Under the pieces are notes generated by a model. It did no database searches and was not told the DNA's origin. It worked only from the letters and a program-made list of their open reading frames with translations. DNA of 64,000 bases from a virus, in IMG/VR virus record IMGVR_UViG_3300003886_000002; one strand, written 5' to 3'. Position numbers and translations under genes: made by a program. Shown here piece after piece: positions 1 through 9,073 of this stretch. The first letter of the stretch is position 1. The number at the start of each line of letters is the position of its first letter.

Positions 1-258
1 CGCGTCCCTGAGCGCGGCCCTGGCTGCGGCCCAGGCTGCGTCCCTGAGCGCGTCCCAGGCTGCGTCCCTGAGCGCGGCCCTGGCTGCGGCCCAGGCTGCG
101 TCCCCGGCTGCGGCCCAGGCTGCGTCCCCGACTGCGTCCCTGGCTGCGGCCAATGCGTCCGCCTCATCGGGAGTCAATGCCTCCGCTCGTGCGACCACCA
201 CGAGCACAGCGTCATGCTGCGGCCCGTAGGCCACATCTAGATTCTCATTGTCGCTCAC
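1..258 (-). CDS. Ala-rich repeat protein (AARDAAWAA-type repeats), runs off the window edge
   Basis: GTG start at 258 overlaps the upstream TGA; translates MSDNENLDVAYGPQHDAV...ALAAARDAVGDAAWAAAGDAAW; tandem repeats at 1-150. Confidence 0.7.
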   Translation of the reverse strand, partial: MSDNENLDVAYGPQHDAVLVVVARAEALTPDEADALAAARDAVGDAAWAAAGDAAWAAARAALRDAAWDALRDAAWAAARAALRDA

Positions 259-731
259 GTTATTATCCCCTTGTTGAGTGCGTCACGACACGCCGCCCAC
301 ACGGCCTGAGAGTCGGGGAACCCGGCAAGCCCAACTTTCAAAGCCATCTCCTTCGCCACACCCCGTGGCAACACGACCTGCACCGTGTGCGGCGCGTATT
401 CGACCAGGCTGTACACCCGATGAGGGGCATCGTTAGGAAATTGCGCATCCAAACTGTGGGCTCGCACGGCCGCCTCGGCCCCGGTGTCACCGAAGTAGCG
501 TTGGCGGTCGTGCCGGTCGATGATGACCCACGGGGACCTAACCAGTTCAGGCTCAGGCTCAGGTTCGGGTTCAATCCACTGGCCGTCCACCCAACGGGCG
601 ACACGCAAGTCGTCGCGTCCTCCACGACCGACGATCCACTGTCGCGCTTGTGCTGCACTCGTTTGGGTCACCCACGCGCTGCCTGTCTCCCAGTTGACAA
701 CACTCCACACATCATCATCCTCGATACTCAC
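255..731 (-). CDS. hypothetical protein
   Basis: 158-aa ORF, GAGGAG RBS, coupled to neighbours. Confidence 0.65.
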   Translation of the reverse strand: MSIEDDDVWSVVNWETGSAWVTQTSAAQARQWIVGRGGRDDLRVARWVDGQWIEPEPEPEPELVRSPWVIIDRHDRQRYFGDTGAEAAVRAHSLDAQFPNDAPHRVYSLVEYAPHTVQVVLPRGVAKEMALKVGLAGFPDSQAVWAACRDALNKGIIT

Positions 732-898
732 AAGTTCTCCTCTGTTGTATACCCCATCCTGTCTGCGGCGTACTCGATCCCGTGCCTAACTTCCCGCAAA
801 GGGATCACCCGCTTGTCTCCAAACGCTTCTACGAGACGCGCCCATGACCATCCGTGCTCGTGACGGAGATGAGCAGCCAACATCCATTGATTGTTCAC
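728..898 (-). CDS. small hypothetical protein (56 aa, not in ORF track)
   Basis: AGGAGG RBS, GTG start, MNNQWMLAAHLRHEHGWSW..., promoter motif at 928-949. Confidence 0.6.
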   Translation of the reverse strand: MNNQWMLAAHLRHEHGWSWARLVEAFGDKRVIPLREVRHGIEYAADRMGYTTEENL

Positions 899-951
899 AG
901 GTCCTCCTGGTCGGACTCAGTGAAGCAAACCTAGCATGTAGGGGTGACACC

Positions 952-3078
952 TCAATCTGAATACAAGTCAACTCCAATTCCCACCCTCCCCAGCTCATCC
1001 GCACATTTAGGGACAGTCATACTCCCTGCAAACGGATCTAAGACCACGTCCCCCGCAACAGTAGAGGGCATGATGCAACGAACGGCAAGTTCGTCAGGGA
1101 ACGGGGCCAACCCCTTATCCCCCGACCTGTTAGGAGGAAAACGCCAAACTGTCCCCGTCTGCTCCAAATTGTCGGCGTAGAAACGGTGGCTACGGTCCCT
1201 AGCCAGCATGTAAATGAACTCGTGCTGCGGACGAGGGCGGCGGGCGTGATAAACAGACTCTGGGCGTTCAACCCCCTTGTCCCAAACTATAGTCTGCCGC
1301 AACAACCATCGGCGGTGAGGCCAAATGTCGTCACAGAATCTCGCATCGTCACCAAACATGGCGGTCACCCACCACGGCTGATCGCCTACAGGAGGCCCTA
1401 TCATTGCCTCAACAAGTTTAGGTGGGACATTGCACCACGTCATCTTCTGATAACCAGATTTCCCCTGACGCCACCTAGACTTACCGTCCTTACTGCCCCC
1501 TTTGTTGTAATCGCCTCCTGAACCACCTGAACCGGAGTTACCTGTGAAAAAAGGTGTCCCGTTTCGTCGAGCGAGCCAGGACCCATTTGGAGTAGACGGA
1601 CACCAAACAACCCCGTGATGCGAAACGACTTCAGCATCACATCGTGAAGGTTTGAAGAACTTCTTCGATCCAAGTGTTACTGACCATCCGTCGTGGGCAA
1701 TTCCATTGCGGTCCGGGCGAGGATCAGCGGAACGACGGATCTTATTGAGGGTGGCGTAGCGTCCAGAAAGAAGAGCAGCGATTTGAAACGCCTCAGCACG
1801 GCACCTAGCCTGCTTCGAGTTGTCTGACTGGTTTGACTGAACAAGTGCACCGCCCTGGCTAGTGAGGGTTCCATCAGCCATCATGCTGACATCGACGAAC
1901 AAGTCAAGCTGCTGTTGAGTGAGGCTCAACAAAAAGTCCATGCAAACCACTTTGCTTGGGGCGTGCTGTCGGATTTTATCTGCCGCTGCACCGTTCAACT
2001 TCCAAACAGTCGCTCCATCTTCGCGTCGTTCCTCTCGCCACTGCGGACACACTTCTGCCCCGCCTCTGCTGCGACCCTTCAGTCTTTCAACGGGGGGACC
2101 AAAGAAGCGAGCCATGCATGAACGAATGCGGCTGCAATATTCGTCGTACACTCGGGGCGACTGAGTTATCCAGATGCCACGAGCGCCACCATAGTTACTC
2201 CGATCATTCCCCTCCGTCCAATACCATGCCACCAACTCTACTAACTCATCATTGTGCTTCTTCACTACAGCAGTGTCCGACATGGCGGCACAGACCGGGA
2301 CCCGGCACTCGACGGAGAGCAGCGCATCAGAAGTAACCGTATCCGCAACCCATTCCCGAACCAGCAAACCATGTGCATCCCGAAGCGGGGCTTTCTCGGC
2401 CTGACGCTGCTGTGCCCATGTGCGGGATGTGACAATCTTGGAAATTGTCGTCTGCGTTACCCCGTACTTGTCTGCCAGATCGACCTGCCGGGAACCTTTG
2501 TCATATTCACCCTTAAAGGTCGCCACATCCATCTCTGACAACTTCGCCGACCCGTTCTGCTCTCCTGGTCGTGATGTTCCGATACCGCTCCTGGTCGTCC
2601 GACGCTCAACAAGCCAACGATGATTCAATGTCGTCATTGACGAGTGCCCTCTTACACCTTGTAAGCGAAGCATTGGGCGCTCCATGGCTTCATATACGTG
2701 TAAATCCTCGATAGGACCCCACTCAGACTCGCGGGTTTCTGGGTTAAGGGTTACAGCTTCATCGCCAACGACAACTTCATCAACTCCAAGCCACCCGCGC
2801 TTGGTTAAAATTTCGGTTTCTTCATCGACACATGCTGAATCTCCCACATTTAGCCACATAAGACCATCTGTTTTCAGGACACGCCAGCATTCATCTGCTA
2901 CACGCTTCCACTTCTCTACATACTCCGGTAGAGACTCAACCCCCAATTCGTCGGGAGAGTTTCCATAGCGTCTAAGTCCCCAAAACGGTTATGGGGGCGA
3001 AGTCACAATGCAATCCACAGACTTATCGTCTAATGGAATCTCATCAACCGAGTTTCCTTGCAAAACCTCGATGCTCAC
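952..3078 (-). CDS. N4-C/N6-A DNA methyltransferase with intein; in-frame TAA inside catalytic motif IV
   Basis: Frame from GTG 3078 reads DKSVDCIVTSPP*PFWGLRRYG; then RVLKTDGLMWLNVGDS, APFPDELA, VLDPFAGS; TAA at 2989-2991. Confidence 0.85.
1537..2832 (-). mobile_element. intein (432 aa) with LAGLIDADG-type endonuclease region and HTH-like insert
   Basis: Starts CVDEETEILT, block B TTLNHRW, AWYWTEG and SMMADG motifs, VWCPST, ends FFTGN followed by Ser. Confidence 0.85.
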
Positions 3079-3587
3079 TTCGCCCCCACCTCCTGTCCCC
3101 TGTTGCCCTCAAATGTTTCTGTCATGTACCAACTTTCCGTTTCGCGCATCGCAACGTTTCCTTCACGCAGCATCCTTTTCTGATGGGTTGATGCTGGGGC
3201 AGGCAGACCTGCTAAACGTCGCATAAAGTCGGTTGTCCACCGCTTCCCAACGTTCTTCTTAGTTTTGCTGTACAACAGTGAGTGCAGGTGTGTTAGAGAC
3301 AGCCCCCCGTCTTCTGCAATCTGAACCCACGTTTTACCTGTTCTATGTTTGAGATCCCACATAGCATTCCTGAAAACGTTAAGAGGGATCAGGTCTTTGT
3401 TCTTACGTCGCCTGCCGTCTAGGAGCCCATGTTTTGGTTGATGGTGCAACACGTACCGTCTAGGTTTACCATTTCCGTTGAAACGGACAGGTTCGCTGCA
3501 CCCACACTCGCACTCTGGGGGTTCCCCGTGGGCTGCCAGATACTTCGAGATTTCCCGTTGCCTGTATCGCTCTTGTGCACTACGCAT
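3075..3587 (-). CDS. hypothetical protein with CECGC motif and possible HTH
   Basis: PECECGCSEPV; TWVQIAEDGGLSLTHLHSL. Confidence 0.6.
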   Translation of the reverse strand: MRSAQERYRQREISKYLAAHGEPPECECGCSEPVRFNGNGKPRRYVLHHQPKHGLLDGRRRKNKDLIPLNVFRNAMWDLKHRTGKTWVQIAEDGGLSLTHLHSLLYSKTKKNVGKRWTTDFMRRLAGLPAPASTHQKRMLREGNVAMRETESWYMTETFEGNRGQEVGAK

Positions 3588-3642
3588 AGGGACACAAACT
3601 ACTAGGTGGGCATGACATGCCCGTTTCGTGTCACCGAATCAC

Positions 3643-4098
3643 CTACTGGTCAACCCATTTCGTGTTCTCGTCGTCTATCTGTTCCCCATGCCATCCCCAT
3701 GGGGTCACAGAGAACCGAATTGCGATAGTGTCAATAACGCCTTGCAGGTCAGCCACCAGCCCTTCGTAGGTTACCCATAGGGCACTGTTGTACTTAGAGT
3801 TAATCTCCTGCATAGAAACTTCACGTCCACGGACACGATCCCCGAATCGCGCCACCCGAGACTTGTCGGTAGCTACAGGATCACGCGTTATCACCACGAC
3901 CCCAAGGTGCCCATCGAAATTGCGGGCGCCATGCGACTGATCATGGAAAGCATGAAGGTCAGGGGATGCGTCTATAACACGGGCGAGGATACGAGTCCCT
4001 GAACACGCAGGTCCGACAACAACAACAGCCCCCTCGATCGGCGGGAGTTTATCGACATGTTGGTCTTGTAGAAAATTTGGGACGTGTCTTAAATCCAT
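3643..4098 (-). CDS. sulfotransferase-like / P-loop-fold protein
   Basis: VVGPACSGTRIL, ITRDP and VTYEGLVAD resemble PAPS-binding motifs. Confidence 0.5.
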   Translation of the reverse strand: MDLRHVPNFLQDQHVDKLPPIEGAVVVVGPACSGTRILARVIDASPDLHAFHDQSHGARNFDGHLGVVVITRDPVATDKSRVARFGDRVRGREVSMQEINSKYNSALWVTYEGLVADLQGVIDTIAIRFSVTPWGWHGEQIDDENTKWVDQ

Positions 4099-4107
4099 AT
4101 GCGGGCA

Positions 4108-4611
4108 CTACCGAATCTCAAAGTCGTAGACATAAGTAGGGACTCCCTTGTCAGTCAAAGACCTCTCAACTATCGGTTCAATCATCCCCCAATTAGACCC
4201 ACCAAGCCCGCACCCTATACGTGGCATGTGGACGGAATATGGGATACCTGATGCCGCAACCATACGCTCAACGCTATTGAGACACTGCTCCAAACAGTCG
4301 TAGCGTATGCTGGGCTCTGACTCTCTACGTGTATACCCTGCCTGCGCCACCATGTTACAAACAACCAAGCCTCCGCCTACCGGGACCACCTGTATTTGAC
4401 CGAGTGCGAATGGGACATACCCTACCCCGTCTTTGCTGCAAACCCTGTCGCGATGCCACCTACGGTATGCTGCCTCAGGGGCAGCCCACCTGTCGGAGAG
4501 GGATAGCACAAACCCTCTCCCCCATCCGCCCAAGCTGTTGCACACATGTGCGATGACAGCAGGGCCTTTAGTCTGCGGTTGTGTAGCGTCCCCACTCAGG
4601 TACGTGATCAT
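4108..4611 (-). CDS. macro domain protein (Appr-1-p processing family)
   Basis: GDAT, IAHVCNSLGGWGRGF, MPRIGCGLGG. Confidence 0.9.
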   Translation of the reverse strand: MITYLSGDATQPQTKGPAVIAHVCNSLGGWGRGFVLSLSDRWAAPEAAYRRWHRDRVCSKDGVGYVPFALGQIQVVPVGGGLVVCNMVAQAGYTRRESEPSIRYDCLEQCLNSVERMVAASGIPYSVHMPRIGCGLGGSNWGMIEPIVERSLTDKGVPTYVYDFEIR

Positions 4612-4639
4612 GGAAGCAACCTAACAGATGGGGGTGACG

Positions 4640-5260
4640 TCACCCAAGGAGGCCGTCCTGGCGCTGTTGGCGGGTAACCGCCAAATGGCATTCTCCACAC
4701 AGGGTTTCCAAGCCGTCGAGATGGTGTATGCACCCGTAATCTGCGTGGCGGCCCTTGACAGGCTGTATGTGGTTAACCTCAAGAGAATAGTTCGTTATGA
4801 CGCGTTTAGCGAGCCTCTCGAACTCTGCCATCATGTCCTCATACCCAATGCCTGTTTCCTTATGGAACTCGCGACGTTGCCTCTTCCCCCGTGTCCCCCC
4901 AGCCATGTAACGGAACCGACCGGGGTCCTTTCGCAGTTCCCCACTAACCCATTCCCGAAACGCGAACCGTTGAGGGTGACGATTTACGATTCGACGCATC
5001 CAACCAACAAAATATGTAACATCGTCAGGGACTGTTCCGTCACGGCCACACTTCACACAGCCACCATCACGTTTAATCGCAGCAGAACGAGCGTCCTGCC
5101 AAGAGTGTTGACAAAGGAAGAGTCTGGTGCACTCATAAGAACACCAGCGGCGGGTAGGTTTCCCAAGATCCTTGTTACACCCACAACAGAACCCGGGGCC
5201 GTCCCAATTGTAGAGCGGGCACGACTCGACGACAAGTTGGGTCTGGGACTTGCGGGCCAT
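4640..5260 (-). CDS. HNH endonuclease
   Basis: RDGGCVKCG...LEVNHIQP...LETLCGECH. Confidence 0.8.
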   Translation of the reverse strand: MARKSQTQLVVESCPLYNWDGPGFCCGCNKDLGKPTRRWCSYECTRLFLCQHSWQDARSAAIKRDGGCVKCGRDGTVPDDVTYFVGWMRRIVNRHPQRFAFREWVSGELRKDPGRFRYMAGGTRGKRQRREFHKETGIGYEDMMAEFERLAKRVITNYSLEVNHIQPVKGRHADYGCIHHLDGLETLCGECHLAVTRQQRQDGLLG

Positions 5261-5296
5261 GAAAGCAGACTAGCCGGTGGGGGGGACAGGCTCGAC

Positions 5297-5548
5297 TCAG
5301 CCGAACCCAATGTAGATTAGGTCCTCATCCATGACGGACTCGGGCACCACGATATCGTCGACATCCGTTTCACCGAAGTCGAACCGCAGCCGAGCCGCAC
5401 CATCACCGTCGTAGTGAACCTCAATCGTGCGAGAAGCGCCAGCCGAACCGAGAAGGTGCATCGTCTTACACAGCTCTACGAACTGGGAGAGGTGTTCCTC
5501 CCTACCGGTTACGGTCGCAACCAGAGTCATCTCGTCGTCATCAGCCAT
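5297..5548 (-). CDS. hypothetical protein
   Basis: 83-aa acidic ORF co-oriented with neighbours. Confidence 0.6.
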   Translation of the reverse strand: MADDDEMTLVATVTGREEHLSQFVELCKTMHLLGSAGASRTIEVHYDGDGAARLRFDFGETDVDDIVVPESVMDEDLIYIGFG

Positions 5549-5686
5549 AGGACAAGGCTACATGCTTTTGTGCCCCGCCACAAGGGTTGAACCCCAGACC
5601 GTCAAATCGTTGATTTCGCTTCTCCCGATACTTGCGATTGTATAGACTCATGGCCCCCCGACACGACAGATGATAGCATCAGCGCC

Positions 5687-5878
5687 ATGCCCTACGCCTC
5701 CGCGACGATCATCATTGAACCCCTTGGGGCGGAGGTGGGCTGGTGGTGCAACGACTGCCTTCTCCCATCGGGAGTGAATTTCACGTTTGCTATGCGGATC
5801 GGCACTTCACTCGACTCAATCAATCAAGACATCGTTTGCTGCGACTGTGGGGGAAGGGATTTGTCGCCGCCCGAGTAG
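5687..5878 (+). CDS. small CxxC zinc-binding protein
   Basis: WCNDC...CCDCGG. Confidence 0.5.
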   Translation: MPYASATIIIEPLGAEVGWWCNDCLLPSGVNFTFAMRIGTSLDSINQDIVCCDCGGRDLSPPE

Positions 5879-6017
5879 ATGTCCTTTCAGAAATCTTACA
5901 TCGCGACTGCCGTCCATCCAGGGCAACACTCCGCTTGTAAAACTCCTCCAGCAATTTGTCTTGGCCGCAGCAGAGACACGTCTTCGTCACCATAGACGAG
6001 TCTTAACACTTTCTCAG

Positions 6018-6090
6018 TACCTCGCAGTGGACTCGAACCACTATCTCCAAATTAAGAGTTTGGCCGTCTAACCAGTTGACATAGCGAGGC
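6018..6090 (-). tRNA. tRNA-Lys(CTT)
   Basis: Cloverleaf, CCAAA-CTCTTAA-TTTGG, GTTCGAGTC; no CCA. Confidence 0.9.
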
Positions 6091-6091
6091 A

Positions 6092-6169
6092 TGGTGAGGG
6101 CGACAGGAATCGAACCTGCGTTTGAACCGGGTAAAAGCCGGATGCAAGACCAACGTTTGCTACACCCTC
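6092..6169 (-). tRNA. tRNA-Lys(TTT)
   Basis: CCGG-CTTTTAC-CCGG, GTTCGATTC, CCA. Confidence 0.85.
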
Positions 6170-6189
6170 AGGGGGCGCGCCTGGGGTAA

Positions 6190-6306
6190 TCAGCGATGTT
6201 TCTTGAAGCCAGAGCGCCCCACGCCAGGTTTCGCTCCGCCAGCATCGTCCGACGCCTTCCGGCACGCCATGAGCTTTCGTTTGGCATTCGCTTCGCTGTT
6301 TCTCAT
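6190..6306 (-). CDS. 38-aa Lys-rich ORF upstream of the tRNA-Lys pair (candidate internal leader)
   Basis: AAGGAGGT RBS; MRNSEANAKRKLMACRKASDDAGGAKPGVGRSGFKKHR. Confidence 0.6.
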   Translation of the reverse strand: MRNSEANAKRKLMACRKASDDAGGAKPGVGRSGFKKHR

Positions 6307-6385
6307 GACGCACCTCCTTGGCGTGTCGGTTGCGAAAATATAGTTTGCTTTAAGTGCCCTAATGGGAACTTTACTTTCTATTGTG

Positions 6386-6459
6386 CTGTAGAGGAGAGAC
6401 TCGAACTCTCAACATCGGCCTTAACAGGACCGCTCCCCTGCCAATAGGGACCCTCTACA
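6386..6459 (-). tRNA. tRNA-Asn(GTT)
   Basis: CGGTC-CTGTTAA-GGCCG, GTTCGAGTC. Confidence 0.85.
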
Positions 6460-6570
6460 CCGTCACAGCGGACCATCAAGAGCAGCAAGTAAAACTTCTC
6501 GATCATTCAACCTTGATGCCATTGTGCAATTGTACCACGATTGACCCGTCGACTGCGGTCCAATTTCCTA

Positions 6571-6646
6571 TGGCTGAGGGGGCGAGAATCGAACTCACGT
6601 GCCCCTGATTCAAAGTCAGGACGGGATGCCAGCAACCCTCCCCTCA
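6571..6646 (-). tRNA. tRNA-Gln(TTG)
   Basis: CCTGA-CTTTGAA-TCAGG, CCA. Confidence 0.9.
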
Positions 6647-6691
6647 ATGCACTCTTCCTTATTCCGGAAGATATCTTCCAGAATAAGGAAC

Positions 6692-7207
6692 CTATGTGAC
6701 TTGATACTGTAAATAAGGAGCCCAAGATTCTTTAGGACTGAACCCGAATACAACCATCAGATCCCCCTTGGGGACAAACGGTTTGACACGAAGAGTCCAT
6801 CTCTCCGCCCCGAAACGCGTTTGAAGCTCTGAAAGCGTCATATCGTCCTTATCTGTGTTGCAACGACGGCATGCCGCTACAACATTCTCCCAACGATGCA
6901 AACCCCCACGAGACCGTGGAACAATATGGTCCACAGTATGTGCCCTCCCGCCACAGTACCCACACTTGTGACTATCCCTACCCAAAACGTTGCGTGTGTT
7001 AAGAGGAATACGTGAACGGTAGGGAACCTTAACGAAACGGTTCAACCTGATTACATCTGGCATAGGGACAGACACAGAAGGGGAACGCACCTCCCCGTTC
7101 CCGCGCTCAACTATCTCTGCCATGTCTTGCAACACAAGGACAACCGCGCGCCTCCACGTAATAACCCTTAACGGCTCCCATGTAGCATTCAGCAACAAAG
7201 TAGACAT
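6692..7207 (-). CDS. HNH endonuclease (McrA-like), inside the tRNA operon
   Basis: LLLNATWEPL, RDSHKCGYCG, TVDHIVPRSRGG, WENVVAACRRCN. Confidence 0.9.
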   Translation of the reverse strand: MSTLLLNATWEPLRVITWRRAVVLVLQDMAEIVERGNGEVRSPSVSVPMPDVIRLNRFVKVPYRSRIPLNTRNVLGRDSHKCGYCGGRAHTVDHIVPRSRGGLHRWENVVAACRRCNTDKDDMTLSELQTRFGAERWTLRVKPFVPKGDLMVVFGFSPKESWAPYLQYQVT

Positions 7208-7271
7208 TCCACACCTCCCTATACTTTCGTCCAACTACAGAAACCTGAGCTTCCCATCTTCCCTATCCTCC

Positions 7272-7343
7272 GGGTGGCTGAAGGGACTCGAACCCTCGCT
7301 AGCAGGGACACAACCTGCTGTGCTGCCACTACACTACAGCCAC
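7272..7343 (-). tRNA. tRNA-His(GTG)
   Basis: GCAGG-TTGTGTC-CCTGC, GTTCGAGTC. Confidence 0.85.
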
Positions 7344-7366
7344 ATCCTATAGCGAATCTCTTCGCT

Positions 7367-7445
7367 TGGCTGGGAAGGTAGGAATCGAACCTACGCATCT
7401 CCTGATCCAGAATCAGGCGGGTTTGCCAACGTCCCCCACTCCCCA
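7367..7445 (-). tRNA. tRNA-Gln(CTG)
   Basis: CCTGA-TTCTGGA-TCAGG, CCA. Confidence 0.9.
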
Positions 7446-7557
7446 TCACGACAGATAAAAGAACGAATCGTCAATACACTTTCCCGTAGACACCCCACAC
7501 CCCGGTTACTAAACTGCTGGGGATAGATGCCCACGAAACAATCTATTCTATTATCAG

Positions 7558-7631
7558 TCGGGTGTGTGAGAATCGAACTCACCTGATGTCCGCGCCCCAA
7601 ACGCGGCGTCCCTCCTTGAGACCGACACCCG
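7558..7631 (-). tRNA. tRNA-Pro(TGG)
   Basis: CCGCG-TTTGGGG-CGCGG; CGG/CCGA acceptor. Confidence 0.85.
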
Positions 7632-7716
7632 CTATGTGCAAACCATTACCACCTATCCATCATCTACCATTATAGGCACATCTACCACAGATCAACCACA
7701 CCTATTCTATTGCCTG

Positions 7717-7796
7717 TGCCCGTGGGGGGAGTCGAACCCCCATGCCGAAGCGCTCGTCCTTGAAGCGAGTGTGTATACCAGTTCCACCACACGGGC
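7717..7796 (-). tRNA. tRNA-Leu(CAA)
   Basis: CTCGC-TTCAAGG-ACGAG, long variable arm. Confidence 0.85.
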
Positions 7797-7890
7797 ATGT
7801 GAGCATACGGTTACAAACATCCTTCCTGCTGGTCTGCCTATGTGACATGTACAGAGCCCTAGATTTTCACAAAAGTTTTCATGCATGCTG

Positions 7891-7976
7891 TGCCCCCTGT
7901 GGGATTCGAACCCACACCGGGAATTCTCCCACGCGGGTCTAAACCGCGCCTCTCGACCAAATTGGAGTAAAGGGGC
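7891..7976 (-). tRNA. tRNA-Leu(TAG)
   Basis: CGCGG-TTTAGAC-CCGCG, long variable arm. Confidence 0.85.
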
Positions 7977-8007
7977 TTTGAACATCCTTTCCTACTATCT
8001 ATTTACG

Positions 8008-8081
8008 TGCTCCCCCCGGGACTCGAACCCGGAATACCTCAGGCTTAAACCGAGTGCCTTTACCAATTAGGCCAGGGGAGC
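8008..8081 (-). tRNA. tRNA-Leu(TAA), short variable loop
   Basis: CTCGG-TTTAAGC-CTGAG; variable region about 5 nt. Confidence 0.8.
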
Positions 8082-8152
8082 AGACATGCTGCACGCCACT
8101 GCAAAAGAGAAGTGCCTAGGGTTGGGCCTAAACCCACATGGCTACAAGCAGA

Positions 8153-8263
8153 CTAGATGTGCAGCGGTAACTGCTCGGCATCGAACGGTCGAGGCTTGTC
8201 ACGCCCCAAGCGTTGCCGATTCTTATGGGCATGTGCCCCTGTGAGTCGCAGCCGCTTCATCAT
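8153..8263 (-). CDS. leader peptide of tRNA operon A (Leu/Pro/Gln/His/Asn/Lys)
   Basis: MMKRLRLTGAHAHKNRQRLGRDKPRPFDAEQLPLHI; ATG 9 nt after TATGAT. Confidence 0.7.
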   Translation of the reverse strand: MMKRLRLTGAHAHKNRQRLGRDKPRPFDAEQLPLHI

Positions 8264-8272
8264 GGTGACCCT

Positions 8273-8300
8273 ATCATATCAGGTGGGCATGACACGTCAA
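8273..8300 (-). promoter_or_regulatory. promoter of tRNA operon A
   Basis: TTGACG-N16-TATGAT with TGTCATGCCCA motif in the spacer. Confidence 0.75.
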
Positions 8301-8304
8301 GTGG

Positions 8305-9048
8305 TTATCTGCCCCCACCTGGGATATGGAACCTGCTACCCATGACATCTACAGCCCGGGGGTTCGAATCCACTAGGAGGGAGTGCCGTCCAAGACGCAT
8401 AGCGGCATCCCCTGTCGTTCCGCTTCCAGCCATCGGATCGAGGACCAGATCACCAGGGTCGGTGAATGCTGTTATGAGACGGTTCAGCAACGCTACAGGC
8501 TTCTGAGTGGAATAGCCTGTCCTCTCAGAAGCAGAGGTAGACAGAAACGGGATCTGCCACCAATCATTCATTATCCGACCATCCGGGTGAAACCCTTTAC
8601 GGTCACCGTAATCGTGAGGATACGGTTCTCTAAGGGTATTGAACCTGTACAGATCCGATTTCGAATACACCAGCAGGTCATCATGCTTTCGACTGAAATG
8701 CCGTTTAGACGCACCCCCGGAGGCGTAACACCAAACAATGCTGTTGACAAACCTGTTCTCTCCGAACACGTCATCCAACTCTATGCGTATCCTGTGGGAC
8801 GCATGCCAATCACAGTGCACGACGATACAGGCCCTATCATCCATAACTCTTTGGCAAGCAGACAAAACACTGTTAATCCATATGCAATAATCTTGCAAAG
8901 TTCCCCGCCGATCGTCGAAATCAACGAGCCGTTTACCAGACCTAAAGGGCGGGTCGACGTAAACAAACTGCACCTGACCATCCCCAACATGGCTCAAAGC
9001 GTCGATACAGTCTCCGCACACCATGGAAGGCATAAACTCATTAGACAT
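8305..9048 (-). CDS. DNA adenine/N4-cytosine methyltransferase (beta class)
   Basis: YVDPPF, YSTQKPVALL, VLDPMAGSGTT. Confidence 0.9.
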   Translation of the reverse strand: MSNEFMPSMVCGDCIDALSHVGDGQVQFVYVDPPFRSGKRLVDFDDRRGTLQDYCIWINSVLSACQRVMDDRACIVVHCDWHASHRIRIELDDVFGENRFVNSIVWCYASGGASKRHFSRKHDDLLVYSKSDLYRFNTLREPYPHDYGDRKGFHPDGRIMNDWWQIPFLSTSASERTGYSTQKPVALLNRLITAFTDPGDLVLDPMAGSGTTGDAAMRLGRHSLLVDSNPRAVDVMGSRFHIPGGGR

Positions 9049-9073
9049 CAACGCTGCACCCAAACCTTCGCAC

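Noticed and set aside
153-863. Long plus-strand ORFs opposite real genes (also 4628-5320 and 8383-9093)
   Set aside because: Antisense shadows typical of GC-rich DNA.
2989-2991. Genome-wide stop-codon reassignment
   Set aside because: TAA, TAG and TGA all end other genes normally, and no suppressor tRNA was found (anticodon TAA reads TTA Leu).
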